NCBI RefSeq assembly: GCF_006345805.1
Contig: NC_043013.1
Coordinates: forward strand, 13,144,001-13,208,000
Length of the DNA: 64,000 nucleotides
Reading direction: 5' to 3'
Source of the DNA: Octopus sinensis
Lineage: Eukaryota
Under the pieces are notes generated by a model, which saw only the letters and a program-made list of their open reading frames with translations, had not been told where the DNA came from and did not search any database. The position numbers and the translations under genes were made by a program. Each line of letters begins with the position of its first letter. The first letter of the stretch is position 1. Below are positions 1 through 13,524 of this stretch, piece after piece.

Positions 1-569
1 GTGCAGGTAACATCAAACCAGATTTCACAGTTTTCCCTTCTACCAGCGCAACAATACAATTTCTATACAAATAAAGAAAATTTATTCAACGAAAAATACA
101 GAACACATCTAAATATGCACGCATAACCAGCTTTGTTCTCTATACATATTTTGACTCAAGATTGCATTACCATCACTGTACATATTTCTCCCCACTACTC
201 TAGCTTTTGAAATTTTGTGTATATATTTCCCTCCCCCGGCACCGAAAGATGAACAGTTATCTTCCCTGTCCACAATGATAACGATCACCAATTACCTCCC
301 ATTAGAATTTTATACTTGTTGAATCATTCATTCATAGATAAAGAAAATTTTCTTAAGAAAATACGTAATTAAAATAATTTTAATGTCATGATTAGCTAAA
401 ACGAAACCAGTCGACAAACAACATAAAATATATTTTAAAAAAACTAAAACTATGTAAAGTGTGTGCATTTTCCTTCTTTAATTTCTTATATATATTACAG
501 CTTACCACGTGAGGATAATTGAAATTCCACCCTTTCTGTTACTAAATACACACACACATATCTATATAT

Positions 570-620
<51 letters not shown>

Positions 621-622
<2 letters not shown>

Positions 623-770
623 CGCAGGAATTACTGTGTAGTAAGTAGTTTGCTTATCAACCACATTGTTCCGGGTTCAGTCCCATTGCGAGGCACCTTG
701 GTCAAGTATCTTCTGCTATGGCCTCGAGCCAAGCAAAGCCTGAAAGGAGCTTTGAAAGAAGCCTGTCCTA
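621..770 (+). mobile_element. tRNA-headed SINE, 5' part, between (TA)n tracts
   Basis: GGCGCAGGAATTACTGTGTAGTAAG...GGGTTCAGTCCC (A/B-box-like head); reverse-complement matches copies at 33.9, 46.9 and 54.2 kb. Confidence 0.8.
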
Positions 771-771
771 C

Positions 772-841
<70 letters not shown>

Positions 842-1419
842 TATTATGAATTATTATAATTTTTCTATTGAGAAAGGAGCCGGTTTCCAACAAAGATACC
901 AGGCTCCATCTTCGAGATGTAGTTAACACAGACAAATTCACATTTGGAACTTGAGAAAAGTCTTGCATATTTTTACTGTTCCACTCACAGATTGAACTTG
1001 TAATCTACGAATCAGCCAGTCAAAATGCTCTTTCGGAAAATCTCAATTTATCCAGATTCTCTTTGTATTTATGTATGTATGTACTTATGTTCACACGCAT
1101 GCATGTACTTATGTTTTGTGTCTATGTAATTATTGATTCTTGTATCTACCACTTGGACAATAATCTATTTTATTGTAATGATGTAATGAATTATGTCGAT
1201 CTTAACTGAATTATAATTATTCTCAACGATATACCTCATTGATATTAGAATTTTATTCTGTTGTAGCAGAACTATTGGAATAAGTATTACAAAACAGAAC
1301 AGAGATTACAGAAAATTTTGTAGAAAATAATTGCATCAAGAAATGGCTAATTCTAAATTTTATATTCATGACTAATTCTAAGGTCTGGCCATATGGTGCC
1401 AAAGTAGCTTATATGTAGT

Positions 1420-4335
1420 TTAGATCCAAGAGAGTCTAACCGTTTGATGCTTCGCTCCTGGTATGGCTACTTCATGCTGGAGGCAGGACTTCTGAAAAGG
1501 TTTCAGACTAACTGTGTCCCACAGTGTGTCGGCACATCGCCAAGATAGCAGGACCATCATCCGTCTGAAGAAATCAGACTGTCCAACATCGGAACAGACA
1601 CATGCATGTCACTGACCAATGAGTAATCAACTTACGCTACAAAAGACGTGCTACTAAATGGAATGTCTTGTTGCTCATTCGTCCAGGAGAAGCCATTCTG
1701 CTATCCCAGGAGTTTCTTCTAGAGAGGCCCCGACGACAGAACAGGTCTATGTGGTGTGACATTAGTCGTGCCCAAGTACATCTGCAATTACTCATAGGAT
1801 GGAACCCGGTGAATGATCGTTTGCTGTCCACCTGTTTTCCTCATTGCCTATACCCCACAGACTTCGCAGAGAAGACAGTCAAGGGCGACTACTGCAACCA
1901 ACTCCAAAAGTTTTAGGACCAGTCCCCACCACGATATCACCCCACCCCCTGACGGACATCAGTGCTGCCATCTCTTCTGCCAGGTTCCCTTCGACAAACT
2001 TATTCCAGACTCAAACTATTGGTAATTGCCTCCTGCTCCAATGCCGCAACAACAATTTCTATATTGCAGACACATTTTCCTCCAGCAGACTTGATCATCA
2101 CAGGACTTTGTACAGTCCGGACTGTTAAACACAGAGGGTGATCAACTACATCATCATCTCCGCTGCTAGAGGTCATTTCTCACTAGCTGCCGGCTCTATA
2201 GAGGAGATCAACTCGGCAATATCTACTATCGATTGCTGGTGGCGACACTCACGTTGAAGTTGCGAGCTGACTCTGCCTCAAAGTACCAGCAATGGCCCGA
2301 TTCATTTTGTGTCTGTAATCTCAACATTGCCTCAACAGTTACGTGATTTAACAACAATCACTTCACTTCCGTGTCCAAAAATGAGACTATCAACTGAGAA
2401 ATTTTCAAATCAAGTGTCAAAAAGTTGGAACGTGATGTCCTGGTAAACTCATTACCTCTTCTCAAGCGACCCTTGATCCTACTGTGGAGGTCGTACACAA
2501 GTAACTGCTGCAGTGAGGCTCACCTATGCAGTAACACAAATGAAAACAACCAGCCCAACTGGATATGCGACGACTCCATTCAGAAAACTGGGAGAAGTTC
2601 TGGGCGGGAGAAGCTGAGCACCTGGATGCAGCAGCAAAGAATAACAAGATCAGTCTGATATTCAATATGCTCCACAGAGACTGTACCAGTCTCTACTTTA
2701 AGACCACCTCAGCGAGGGATACCAATAAAATGTAGTCATCGTGGAAACCACCTGCTTCGAACACTAGAAGGAGAACTTCGGCTTTCTCTGTCACGTATCT
2801 GTCCAAATCGATCCCAGTCTAACCATCACACAGCCCCAACCAACGACACTTGTAGACTCGATCCTGTTAACTCTGATGAAGTCAGTGTCACCCTGAAGAA
2901 GATCGACAACCTCAAACACCCAGGAATCTGCACTGTAGCCGCGGAGATGTTCAAGCCGGATGGAGAAAAATGACTCAATGGCTCAGATACATCATCGACC
3001 ATCTATGGGTATCCGAGCAGCTCCTAAATGACTGAACTCAGAGTATTATCCTCTGCGTCAGAAAGCGGAAGGCAACAAACTCGTCTGCAGCTACCACAGT
3101 GGCACCACCCTCCTTTCCATCCCCAGTAAGCCCTTCATCAGGATCTCTTCTTGTCATTAGAAGCACACACCATTCACAATAAGCCAGATTCATACCGTGT
3201 TGATCTTCTGCAGACCATACTTTTGCCCTTCGTCTCGTAGTTCAAAGATCTCGGGAGGTCCGCAAAGATCTCCACCTCTACATCGCCTTTATCGACCTTA
3301 AGGTGGCTTTGGACACGGTCGACCATGCATCCCTCTGGAAAATTCTCGAGCTCGACGGTGTGTCTCCCATGATCACTACCCTGTTCTAGTAGCTCTATAG
3401 CAGTACCGAAAGCTGGGTTTAGGTGAACGGGAATGATTCTGACTGGTTCCTCCTCAAGAGCAAGAGACAGGGCTGCGTGGCCGGTCTCGACCTCATCATC
3501 TATGTCATCGATTATTTGGTGAGTGAGTTTCTGGCGTTACCTTCTGAAACTACCATCATACCGACCTGGAGTATGAGAACGACACCACCCTATTCAGCAA
3601 CTCGATTGACGAGCTAAGGGACGCACTGACCATATGCAGAGAATCAGCAAAGCTTGGCTATCAGGTGAGATGGGCGGAGACCATGCTGATGCATGTAGTT
3701 GAGAGCTTAGACCCTCTTCTTCCCTATTGACCCTGACGTCGTGAAGTTTGTCAACTCCTTCATCTATCTGAGCCCAACAATGGAGATCAATCGCAGATGT
3801 GGTTTGGTTACTGGGGTCATGTACTCCCTATGGAAGCCCCTTTGACACCATTATTCTATCTTCCTCAACGCGAAATTCTCTATCTACAACGCATCGGCCC
3901 TCGCCAAAGACCCTGGCAAAGAAGATTGGTGACGTCGATAGCAGAATATTTGAGAACATCAAATGGTACCATCATGTTTCCAACAAAGAACTGCATGTGC
4001 GCATGCATCAGCCCCCAGCTTCTCACCTCACAGCTATCCATCGAATTCACTGATACGAATGTTTCCTCCATCTCCTGCTATATCCTCCTACCTGGGTTTT
4101 GCTCCCATTCGATCCTGAAGCTGTAGACTAGGAGAAGCCTCATTATGGCTGGATGTGGTTGGAGCATATGTCCAGAATACTGACGTCACCGTGGAGGATG
4201 CATTAGGGGCAGCTACGGGACAGCCAGTGATAGAGCACCGGTAGACCTGGTCGGTTCTACGCATGGTGATGTCTCTGTCACCACTTACCTGGGAGGATCT
4301 CAACCACAACAAGCAAGAGCTTGAAGCAACCAGAC
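1420..4335 (+). mobile_element. Degenerate RTE-clade LINE (APE endonuclease + RT)
   Basis: Fragments WNPVNDRLLSTCF, AYTPTDFAEKTVK, LYIAFIDLKVALDTVDH and RQGCVAG, broken by stops and frameshifts. Confidence 0.8.
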
Positions 4336-4680
4336 ATGGCTAAACTCTACGTATGAGAGAAACATTGAAATCTGTTACAATATTGAACTTATATAACAAG
4401 ATAATGAACATATTATAATAAATGATTATGACAATAACATTTATGGCTGATAATCCTTGAAATTGTTGCTTGAATTTTCCTGACTTCCCCTGTGACAGAA
4501 CAAACCCACAACATTTAAAAGACTTAATGTCAAATAACGCAATTCTCAATATTATGAATACAAATGTTAAATCATCACAATGAAATCTTTTCACCAAATT
4601 CCCCAGTATTTGAATGTATTTTTCGCATTGTATCAAACATTAGGGAACATTAATTAAATGTTTTTTTTTTTTACATATAG

Positions 4681-4861
4681 TTTGTTCGTGTGGATCACCA
4701 AACCTCCATGGATATTATAATTAATTTGATAATATATCAATGGAATTTCTCATTGCCAAACTTACTTATTTCTGTGATTGGGGGAAGAGAAGACGTCCAG
4801 TTGAATGAACCTACTAAAGAAGCTCTTGGGCATAGTTTAGTTAAAGCTGCAAGAGCAACAG
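4681..4861 (+). CDS. TRPM: TRPM-like channel, MHR1/2 (SLOG) exon, module 1 (exon A)
   Basis: tttttacatatag|FVRVDHQTSMDIIINLIIYQWNFSLPNLLISVIGGREDVQLNEPTKEALGHSLVKAARAT-G|gtaaaa; matches TRPM YxRVS...W.L..P.LLISV.GG; phase 0 to 1. Confidence 0.92.
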
Positions 4862-4940
4862 GTAAAAAGGTTTTAGCACACTTATTGTGAATACTACTAC
4901 TACTACTACTACTACTACTAATAATAATAATAATAATAAC

Positions 4941-4978
<38 letters not shown>

Positions 4979-4979
<1 letters not shown>

Positions 4980-5175
4980 TCTAACCGGGCCCCCACCTGC
5001 AAGATCATGCATTGTTTATCTTGATATGAGATCACCATGTCACGGACATACGGTTGTGATGCATGTGTCTGGTGTATCTTATCAGACGAGTAGTCATGAT
5101 GGGTATACTGGCTTCGTATATTTTACCTCAGTGTCACTTTGATAGCATGCACTGCTCTCTCACTCAATAATAATA
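4979..5175 (+). mobile_element. SINE-like interspersed repeat, 3' part ending in (AAT)n
   Basis: CTAACCGGGCCCCCACCTGCAAGATCATG...CTCTCACTCAATAATAAT; shares sequence with 6900-7012. Confidence 0.7.
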
Positions 5176-6551
5176 ATGATGATGATGAAGCGGCTGGACG
5201 TATTCTTCGCTGCACTGAGCTGTCAGCAGCTGAAGACACAGAAACACTAATACAACCCAGCAGGACAACTGAAAAATAACTCTAAAAGACTGGAATATCT
5301 AAAGTTTCATGCGAGTATTTTGAATTTCCCTGAAAATAAGTTAAGGGACTTACATATCTAAAGCTTTCGAATACATAAGCAATCAGCTTTAAAACCTTTA
5401 ATATCTACAACTTCTGTGAATACCTACCATTTCCTCCTGAGTATTCGAAAATGTAAACATCCTCTTTATTCCAAGAACACTACAGTTTTCTCTGTTCGGA
5501 CAGACAAAAGATCATCTCCAGTAAATTTTTTAAATTTCAAATCTTTAATTTTCTGTGAAAAAGTTTTACCTTCCTTTTCTTTCCGTTCCTTTTTCCCTGA
5601 ATATTCAAAAATGTAACCATACTTTTAATGAAGAAAAAAAACACTACAGTTTTCTCTGAACGGACATACAAACGAACACCTCAGAAAATTTAGAAACGTT
5701 AATATCTCCAGTTTTGTGCGAACATTTTGTCTTTCCTTCTTCCCTGACTAACAGAATATGTAAACATGCCTTTTATAGTAACAACACAATTAAATGCAAG
5801 ATAAAAAATTAAGTAAGTAAGCACCTGCCAATATATACATACTGCACAACTACAAAAACTGTAAACCACAGCAAAACTTTTTAAAAGAAAATAAAAATTC
5901 CAAAAGAAAAAGAAAAAGAAATTCGGAAATTAAAAAATCCAACAAGGTGAACATCTCTTCCTCCTACTATTCCCAAAGACTGGAATATCTACAATTTCCT
6001 GTGAATATTTTAAATCTTCCTCAAAATAAAATAAGCTAGGAAACTTACCTACAGCTTTCAAACACACAAACGATCAGCTTTAAAAAAAGACTTTAATATC
6101 TACAACTACTGTGTGAATACCTATCCTCCACACCATCTGCCAAATCTATTTATACACCTGTAGAATATGATCTATTCACTAAAATGCTACCCTATTATTT
6201 CCTCCAACAATGATATATTTATGATTATATCAAGTACAAGACAAAAGTTGAAAATAAAGAACGTTTAGTAAAATCTTTTAATAATAAATGGAAATAGTAA
6301 TAATGAGAATAACAATGGTAGTGGTGGTGATGTTGATAATGATAAAAATAAAAATTATAATAATATGCTGCAGCTACTAATACTAAATACTACTAACACT
6401 ACAATGATACTACAACTACTACTATTATGATAGCACAGGACTCTGAAACCCAACTACCAAACTTACCAGAACCCCACCCCTGCTGCTGTTGCTGCAACCA
6501 CTGCTGCTACTACACATAAAAACAATAATAACTGTGATATCAGTGATGATG

Positions 6552-6592
<41 letters not shown>

Positions 6593-6664
6593 TATCATGT
6601 ACATTGTTTTGTCTGGGTATAAAAGATGGGCTACAGCAAATATTCTGCTCAATACCACAAATTT

Positions 6665-7012
6665 GCTTGTCAGTTGTTTGACCTTAACCAGTTGAGCATG
6701 TCCCTTAGTGGCTGACGATATGTGTATCTCTGATCACGAGCAGAAGTAGTGGGGGAGCATCATAGCCATGTGTTGAGAGGGATTGTTTGGGGTTTGAATA
6801 GTTCACCTCTGGAAACATGGGTGGTTCTTTCAACATCCTTAAACAACCCTTATTCAGGGACCGTTTGAGCGGGATGGGTTACTCGAGCAGAAGAAAATTC
6901 TAACTGGGCCCCACCTGCAAGGTCATGTGCTGTTTATCTTGATATGAGATCACCATGTCGCGCACATATGGTTGTGATGCATGTGCCTAGTGTACCCTTA
7001 TCAGACGGGTAG
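6665..7012 (+). mobile_element. Same SINE-like family, 5' and middle part
   Basis: Overlapping segment CTAACTGGGCCCCACCTGCAAGGTCATG...CAGACGGGTAG shared with 4979-5175. Confidence 0.7.
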
Positions 7013-8201
7013 ATGACCATTTCTTTTGATTCTTGAACAACACAATTTCCAAGTAACAATAATCAAACCCAATCAAATTTATCAGTATCCTGGAATAATA
7101 TGGTTGTGAGTTTGTTGATTTCATTTTGCAATTATGCATTTTTCGGTTCCGTCCCAATTTGTAACACCTTGGGTAACTGTCTTTGATTATACCTATGGGA
7201 TAACCAAAGATTTGTGATTGAGATTGGCAGACCTCATCCATCACTCAGCTTGGTATGTCAGTCTGTTCCTTTTCTGACTGAAATAAAAATTCGGATCTAT
7301 ACCTTACACTCTCTATGATGTATGAGGCAGAGGATGTTTAGGATCGATCCCTCAAGAATTGCACAAATCTGAGTATTCCTAACACACTATCTGTCACTAG
7401 CACCAATCACTCTGTGAGTACTTAAAGTTATTGGCTACATCCTTCTTGCTTGAGTCCTTCCTCCTCAGGGCCACCTCTCCTCAACTAACACGGCTGGGAA
7501 GGAAATTCTCTCAGTATTCTCAGATCCATGCTGAGATATATCTTATTCCATACTTGCATAGGAGTTATCTACAAAAATACTAGCAGCTGAATCTATTTTA
7601 TTTGTAATTCCAAAGGATTTATCTCTTCTTCGTAATAATAATTCATTTTGACTTGTTATCAAGGTTTTCTAGCTTAGCTGTTTGTTGCTGTTGAAACCGA
7701 GGTCAAGCTTAATTCAATAGACCTATGTTCAAAATCATTCCAGCAATGACCATCTCATTTTATCTCCAGTTATCAATATAGAATAAAATATGCTGGGTGC
7801 TGATGACTAAATCTGAAAAAGGCTGAATAAGCATATTGTTGTATTTAGGTTTTTCTTTCTTTCAGTTATGAGTTCAAATTCTGCTTGGGTTGTATTTTTG
7901 TTTTACATGTTTTGTCAAGGACTGATTAGAAAATCGATAATTGAGTTCTAGATTGATTCAGTATATCATATCCTTACTTCCATAATGAGGAATATATCAA
8001 TGATTAGATTAACCCCAGTTAATGACTGGTGCATATTTCATCAAGCTTACACGGACAAAGAGAAAATTCAGCCTTTTCGTGTGAAGCCTGAATGTGACGG
8101 AATATAACAAAATGCCATAGGGTATTTTGTCCAAAAACATACAGTAGTTTTAGAATAGGAAATCAATATTTGAATATAATTATTGATCTCTTGTTTTGCA
8201 G

Positions 8202-8365
8202 ATGCCTGGATCATAAGTGAAGGTTTACATAGTGGAGTTGTGAAATATATTGGGGAAGCTATATCTGATAATGAAAATAAAGTGGCTGACATGAAAAAAG
8301 TGAAAACCATTGGTATTGCACGGTGGGACTGTGTACAAAACAAAGAATCCCTAGTGAATAAGGAG
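8202..8365 (+). CDS. TRPM: TRPM-like exon B
   Basis: ttgttttgcag|(D)AWIISEGLHSGVVKYIGEAISDNENKVADMKKVKTIGIARWDCVQNKESLVNKE|gtaaat; TRPM AWI.TGG...GV.K.VG and IGIA.WG motifs; phase 1 to 0. Confidence 0.93.
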
Positions 8366-9276
8366 GTAAATTTTTGTTTCAGTTATTTTCTTTTTTTTTA
8401 CTTTTTATCTAATCTTTTCTCCATATTAACATTAAATATTGATTTATAACATTTTACTGTTAATGTTTGAATGTTTAATATTAATTATTAAGTTTTAACA
8501 TTTAAACATTAGATTACATCAAGGAATCAAGAAAAGACCCTTATAATTTCCATTCATGTTACAATGCTCATTTTGTGATAAGGGAATTAATATAATATAT
8601 TCAAGGTTTTTGGTTTTTGTGTGTGTGTTGCTTTTCTATTTTACTTGAAGTGAAAAAGTAAAATGATTGAGTGAATAAGGTGTTAGATTACCAGACCTTA
8701 GAGAATGAGTTCTATTCTACTTCAGGTATTTCATTGTTTCTGGGAAAAATACCATATTCAACATAGCCTCAGTTTCCTTAGTTATCAAGAATAAACACAT
8801 CAGTTTGGCAGTGTTCCGTCTCTTCTCAAATATTATCAATCATCTTGGTCGCTTGTTTGACATTGGATCTAGTTTCTGGTTCTGCTTAGAATTTGTGTGC
8901 AATGGACATAACTCAAAAATTCATTCGTTTGTCTAGATTTACTATTTCTAAGAGATTAAAGAAGTATGTGGTTATATAGCAGAGAACTCTTGCTAAATAC
9001 AACAGGAGCCTGGTTCTATGAGCATTATCTCAGGAGCCTTATTTGTTTTTGTTGATTCTTGGGATTCAGTCATATTATTTGCATGAATCAAAGTAGTAAA
9101 AATAAAGACAACACATGACTTATAGCTTTTTAATCTCTAACCACCACCTGTTTCAGAAATCCTTCAAAGATCCTAGATACTTCACTTTTCCCTTTGTCTA
9201 AGTTAGAAATATTATACCAATGAAAATATAAAAAGAAAGAGGTACCTTGAGGACTGTAGGAAATTTGAATTAAACT

Positions 9277-9437
9277 GGGGAATATACTAGGTGGAGAAGA
9301 ACTTCGTAGCCAAGTTCCCTCAACTTCTGGAGCATCATTAGTGAAACCTATGGCCGAGCATTGTCATGAAGAATGATTGGCTCTCTTCTGTTGCCTTGTC
9401 TGGAACGGAGTAGTAGCAGTTTTTTGTTCATTTTGCG
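9277..9437 (-). mobile_element. Mariner transposase fragment, inverted copy of 10196-10340
   Basis: Reverse complement encodes ILHDNARP...LQKLRELGYEVLLHLVYSP; aligns to 10196-10340. Confidence 0.75.
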
Positions 9438-9610
9438 TAAAATGTAAGCCATATTTTGAATCATAAAGAATTTGTACTGGATTTTTTTCAGAGTTTTGAA
9501 TTATTTAAAGCACTTTATTGCAATTGTATGATAATATAGACATAGACTTGACCAAATGCAACGGTAAATTAACATTGTTATTTCTTTAGCCATTGTCAGA
9601 ATCATCTGAA

Positions 9611-10340
9611 ATGGAGTTGTCAATGCGCGATATTCAAGCAAGTTTGCTATTCAACTTCAAAATTGGATGCAAAGCAGCTGAAACTGCTTGTGATATCAAC
9701 GAAACATTTGTTGAGTTGTCATCTCGAAAATAGTTTAAACGATTTTGCAGTGGAGACTAGGGCCTTGAAGATTATGAGCGTAGCGGACGCCCATCTGTCA
9801 TCGATTACGGTCAATTAAAGACCGTCATTGAGAAAGATCCATGTACAACGACTTGAGAACTAGCACGTGAACTTCACGTTAACCAGAAAACTGTTTGAAA
9901 CCATTTGTATGCAATCGAAAAATCAATAAAGCTCGACAAATGAGTACCACACGATTTGAATGAATATCAGAAAATGTACAGATATGAAATTTGTTCGTTG
10001 TTTCTTCTCCGTAACCAGACCGAACCATTTCTCAACCATATTGTAACTTGTGATGAAAAGTAGATTCTGTACAATTATAAAATAAGTTCTTTGCAGTGGT
10101 CGGAGTAATATGGAGTACCTAAAACCTTTCCTAAACCTGAGCTCTTCTTTAAACCCGGAAAAATCATTAACTTAGAAACATATTGCCATGAAATTGCCAA
10201 AATGAACAAAAAACTGCTACTCCTCCGTTCCAGACAGGGCAACAGAACAAGGCCAAACATTCTTCATGACAATGCTTTAATGATGCTCCAGAAGTTGAGG
10301 GAACTTGGCCACAAAGTTCTTTCCCACCTAGCATATTCCC
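9611..10340 (+). mobile_element. Degenerate mariner transposase
   Basis: MELSMRDIQASLLFNFKIGCKAAETACDINETF...IVTCDEK*ILY...LHDNA...LAYSP; multiple stops. Confidence 0.85.
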
Positions 10341-11086
10341 TAATTGACAGAAAAATTATCTGTCAATTACTCTGAAGTAAACTGGCTATATGAAAGTGTT
10401 ATACTAGCTCCAACTAATGACATGAGCTTCTTCAAAGTTAACAGATACGTCAGAAATGACTTTTTGATCAATTGACAACAGTCGATCAAAATCAGGTCCT
10501 TCAATACTTGTTGAATTTCTGAACACACTTAAATCCATTGGGATGCTACCGCATAACTTGACACTAAAACTGGGTGCTCCCATTATGTTGCATAAGAATC
10601 TTGACCCATTTAGCCTGTGTAATGGAACTAATTTAATTGTTACTTCCAAGAAGCCCCATGTCCTTCGGGCAACAATCATAACAGGTAGTCACAAAGAAGA
10701 AAATGTCTTTATTCCAAAAGTTCCTCTCGTACCTACTGATGTTCCATTTGAATTTAAGAGGCTTCAGTTTCTAGTCAAACTAAGTTTTGGTATTTCAGTA
10801 AATAAATATCAGAGTCAATCCCTCAAAGTAGTTGGACTTGATCTCTCCACTACAAACTTCTCCCACGTCCAACCCTTTGTTACTCCCTTGCGAGTTGGAA
10901 GCAGCAATAATTTATTCATTTCAACACCAACAAAAAATGGTACAGTGAATATTGTTTACCCTGAGGTGCTTCGGCATTGACAGATTTTCAGTTCAAAATT
11001 CTATTAACATTACAATTTGTATATTTATTGTTCACTAATGTAAATAAGAAATGCAATAACCCAGACAACGTCGGTCATTCAGCTAG
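10341..11086 (+). mobile_element. Helitron 3' fragment (PIF1-like helicase C-terminus and 3' terminus)
   Basis: ORF 10543-10980 LPHNLTLKLGAPIMLHKNLDPFSLCNGT...FEFKRLQF...IVYPEVL; 3' end CCCAGACAACGTCGG (decayed hairpin)...CTAG at 11083-11086. Confidence 0.9.
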
Positions 11087-11159
11087 CATACACACGCACA
11101 CACATACATATAAACACACGTATACATAATTATATATATACATGCCTTCATATATATGG

Positions 11160-11204
<45 letters not shown>

Positions 11205-11322
11205 AGAGGCTTCCAAATAGGAAAGCCTTGTGCTAGAAAGAACAGTAGAAAAACCCAAACCACCAAATAAAGATAAATTCTCGAAAGGAATGAAAATTAA
11301 AACGTTTACCATCTCAATTATT

Positions 11323-11391
11323 TCCCAGGCCATGGTTTCTAACTATTTCCAGCAAAAAAATATTCGCTGAAGGCCAGTTTCATCAGTGGGA
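11323..11391 (-). ncRNA. Hammerhead ribozyme-like motif (degenerate), left arm
   Basis: tccca-CTGATGA-aact..ttcagc/gctggaa..agtt-a-GAAAC-catg-GCC-tggga; stem I 5 bp; cleavage triplet GCC instead of GUC. Confidence 0.5.
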
Positions 11392-11759
11392 CAGCCTTTA
11401 GATTTCAAATATACACACAGCCAGTTCCACATGTAAAACTAACTGCCTGAATATCCTAACTTTCCAGATCACTGCGCAGACACAGATTATACCCGGCGAC
11501 AGAGAGGATGCCGGTAAAAATTTCGAACAAATTTATGAAGGAATAAACATAATAAATATCAATAGGGTAATAAGAAATTATTATTACCAGTGGCCTAGCA
11601 CAAAAACGAATTAGTCATTAGACTATATATTATTCACATAGAAATATAATGTCGCCGGGTATAATCTGCGTCTGCGCAGTGGTCTGAAAAGTTAGGATGT
11701 ACAGGCAGTTAGTTTTACACGTGGATCTGGCTGTGTGTATATTTGAAATCTAAAGGCTG

Positions 11760-11822
11760 TCCCACTGATGGCCTTCAACAAATATTTTTTTGCTGGAAAT
11801 AGTTAGAAACCACGGTCTGGGA
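11760..11822 (+). ncRNA. Hammerhead ribozyme-like motif (degenerate), right arm
   Basis: tccca-CTGATG(deletion)...agtta-GAAAC-cacg-GTC-tggga. Confidence 0.45.
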
Positions 11823-12140
11823 AATAATTGAGATCATAAACGTTTTTAATTTTCATTACTTTCGAGAATTTATCCTTATTTGGTGGTTTGAGTTGTTCTA
11901 CTGCTCTTTCTAGCACAAGGCTTTCCTCTTTGGAGGCCTCTTATTGAATTTCTATTGTATTTCAGAGGTAAGTGTTGGTCGAATATAGAGCGGAATATGA
12001 AATTAAATGAAAGACAATGGAGAGATTATGCATTCTCTTTACCTTGTCATTTATTTTTCAACACACTTTTTTATATACACTTATACATGTGTATATATGT
12101 AAGTGCATACGCATGTGTGTATGTGTGTGTGTGTTTGCAA

Positions 12141-12288
12141 AGGCACATGTCTTAGTGGCTAAGTGCTTTGCGTATTTGACTCACAATCGTAAGGTTGTGA
12201 GATCGAGTCAGAGCAGCGCGTTGTGTCCTTGGACAAGATACTTTATTTCACGTTGATCCGGTCCACTCAGTTGATAAAAATGAGTATA
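12141..12288 (+). mobile_element. tRNA-derived, CORE-like SINE fragment
   Basis: TTAGTGGCTAAGTGC...GGTTGTGAGATCGAGTC...GTTGTGTCCTTGGACAAGATACTTTATTTCACGTTG. Confidence 0.6.
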
Positions 12289-12297
12289 CTTTAGAGG

Positions 12298-12331
<34 letters not shown>

Positions 12332-12583
12332 AGAAAGACAGTGGAAAAAGAGAAAGGGAAGAAAAAGAGAGAGTATCAGAATATAGATTGAGTTATACTG
12401 AAAGTGTTGGTGGGGGAGATTTTGATGTTCCCAGACATTAGAAAGAGGAACTCTAATGAATTGCTATACAGATGCATAATCACGCCTCCCATACACACAC
12501 ATACATTCATACACCATTCCACAGATATATAGATACATATATGCATATACATATACATACATATATTTTGATTTAATTTCTAG

Positions 12584-12743
12584 GGATTGTGGCCTGCAAA
12601 CTATTCTAATGGAGGAGAGTATGCCTTGGATCCTAATCATACACATTTTATCCTTGTTGATGATGGTACCAACGACACTTCTGGGGTAGAACTTGAATTC
12701 AAAAAACAGTTAGAAGATACTATTTTACAAATCAAAAGGCAAA
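12584..12743 (+). CDS. TRPM: TRPM-like exon C
   Basis: atttctag|GLWPANYSNGGEYALDPNHTHFILVDDGTNDTSGVELEFKKQLEDTILQIKRQ-A|gtaagt; hallmark LDxNHTHFILVDDG; phase 0 to 1. Confidence 0.95.
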
Positions 12744-12927
12744 GTAAGTTGTTATTAGAGAAATAAAAACATAAAATATAGACCGGAAATGAAATATTAT
12801 GGATAACTGGTTAAATTTACACATACATCATATTAATTTACTCTCTTTAATAGCAAACCAGTCTTTTATTGGTTATAGTTAGGTTATTATTAATAGTTAA
12901 CATCTAAACAATTCTGTTCTTCTATAC

Positions 12928-13452
12928 CAGTGTTACTCAAACTGTGTCACGACACATTATTGTGTCGCCAGCAGGGCGTAGGTGTGTCGCAACTGCACAG
13001 GAAATCAATATATAAGATACCCAATACCAATTTATTTCAGCTTTTCGGAATCTATTTCATAGTAGAGTGAACATGTCAATGCAGGTCCCTACTGGCTATC
13101 ATATCCCACTTCATATTTAGAGGCAAGATTAAAAAACAAAAAGATAAAAAAAGGTAGAAGTAATCTTCATTATATAACACTCATTTTTGTTGTATCTTAT
13201 TCAGTGTAAAAGAATTAACATATTGCAAGCGCTATTCTCTTGTTCGAAGTAAATCAAAAATCGATTAAAAGTTTTCAAATCCGTACCTGTTTTAGTGAAC
13301 AAAGCACACTGGCACTGCTTTCAAATTGCCTAAACTCACCTATACTGATATTAGGCATTACTGATAGTTAACTAATAATTATGAAATCATATTAAACATG
13401 TCACACTTGCTCCTTGTTCATCAGTCTCGCGAGTTTAGCCTTAGGAACCGGG
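12928..13452. mobile_element. Possible hAT-type non-autonomous element
   Basis: Starts CAGTGTTACTCAAACTGTG (hAT/Charlie-like TIR); decayed right end TTAGGAACC. Confidence 0.35.
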
Positions 13453-13524
13453 TGTTCTAATTAAGGGCAACGTACCATCTCTAACTTCATCGAGTTTAGT
13501 ATTGGTGATTACATGTTTAGTTAT

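Larger units (their letters stand above)
11201..11945. repeat. Long inverted repeat (about 300 bp arms, 150 bp spacer) with a decayed hammerhead motif in each arm
   Basis: 11201-11500 is the reverse complement of 11651-11945 with scattered mismatches. Confidence 0.9.

Noticed and set aside
385-415. gtc-ATGATTA..GAAAC-CA-GTC-gac hammerhead-like relic
   Set aside because: Two core positions are mutated and stem II is minimal; not supportable
10543-10980. Host PIF1 helicase gene
   Set aside because: It is intronless, truncated and followed by a Helitron hairpin and CTAG terminus
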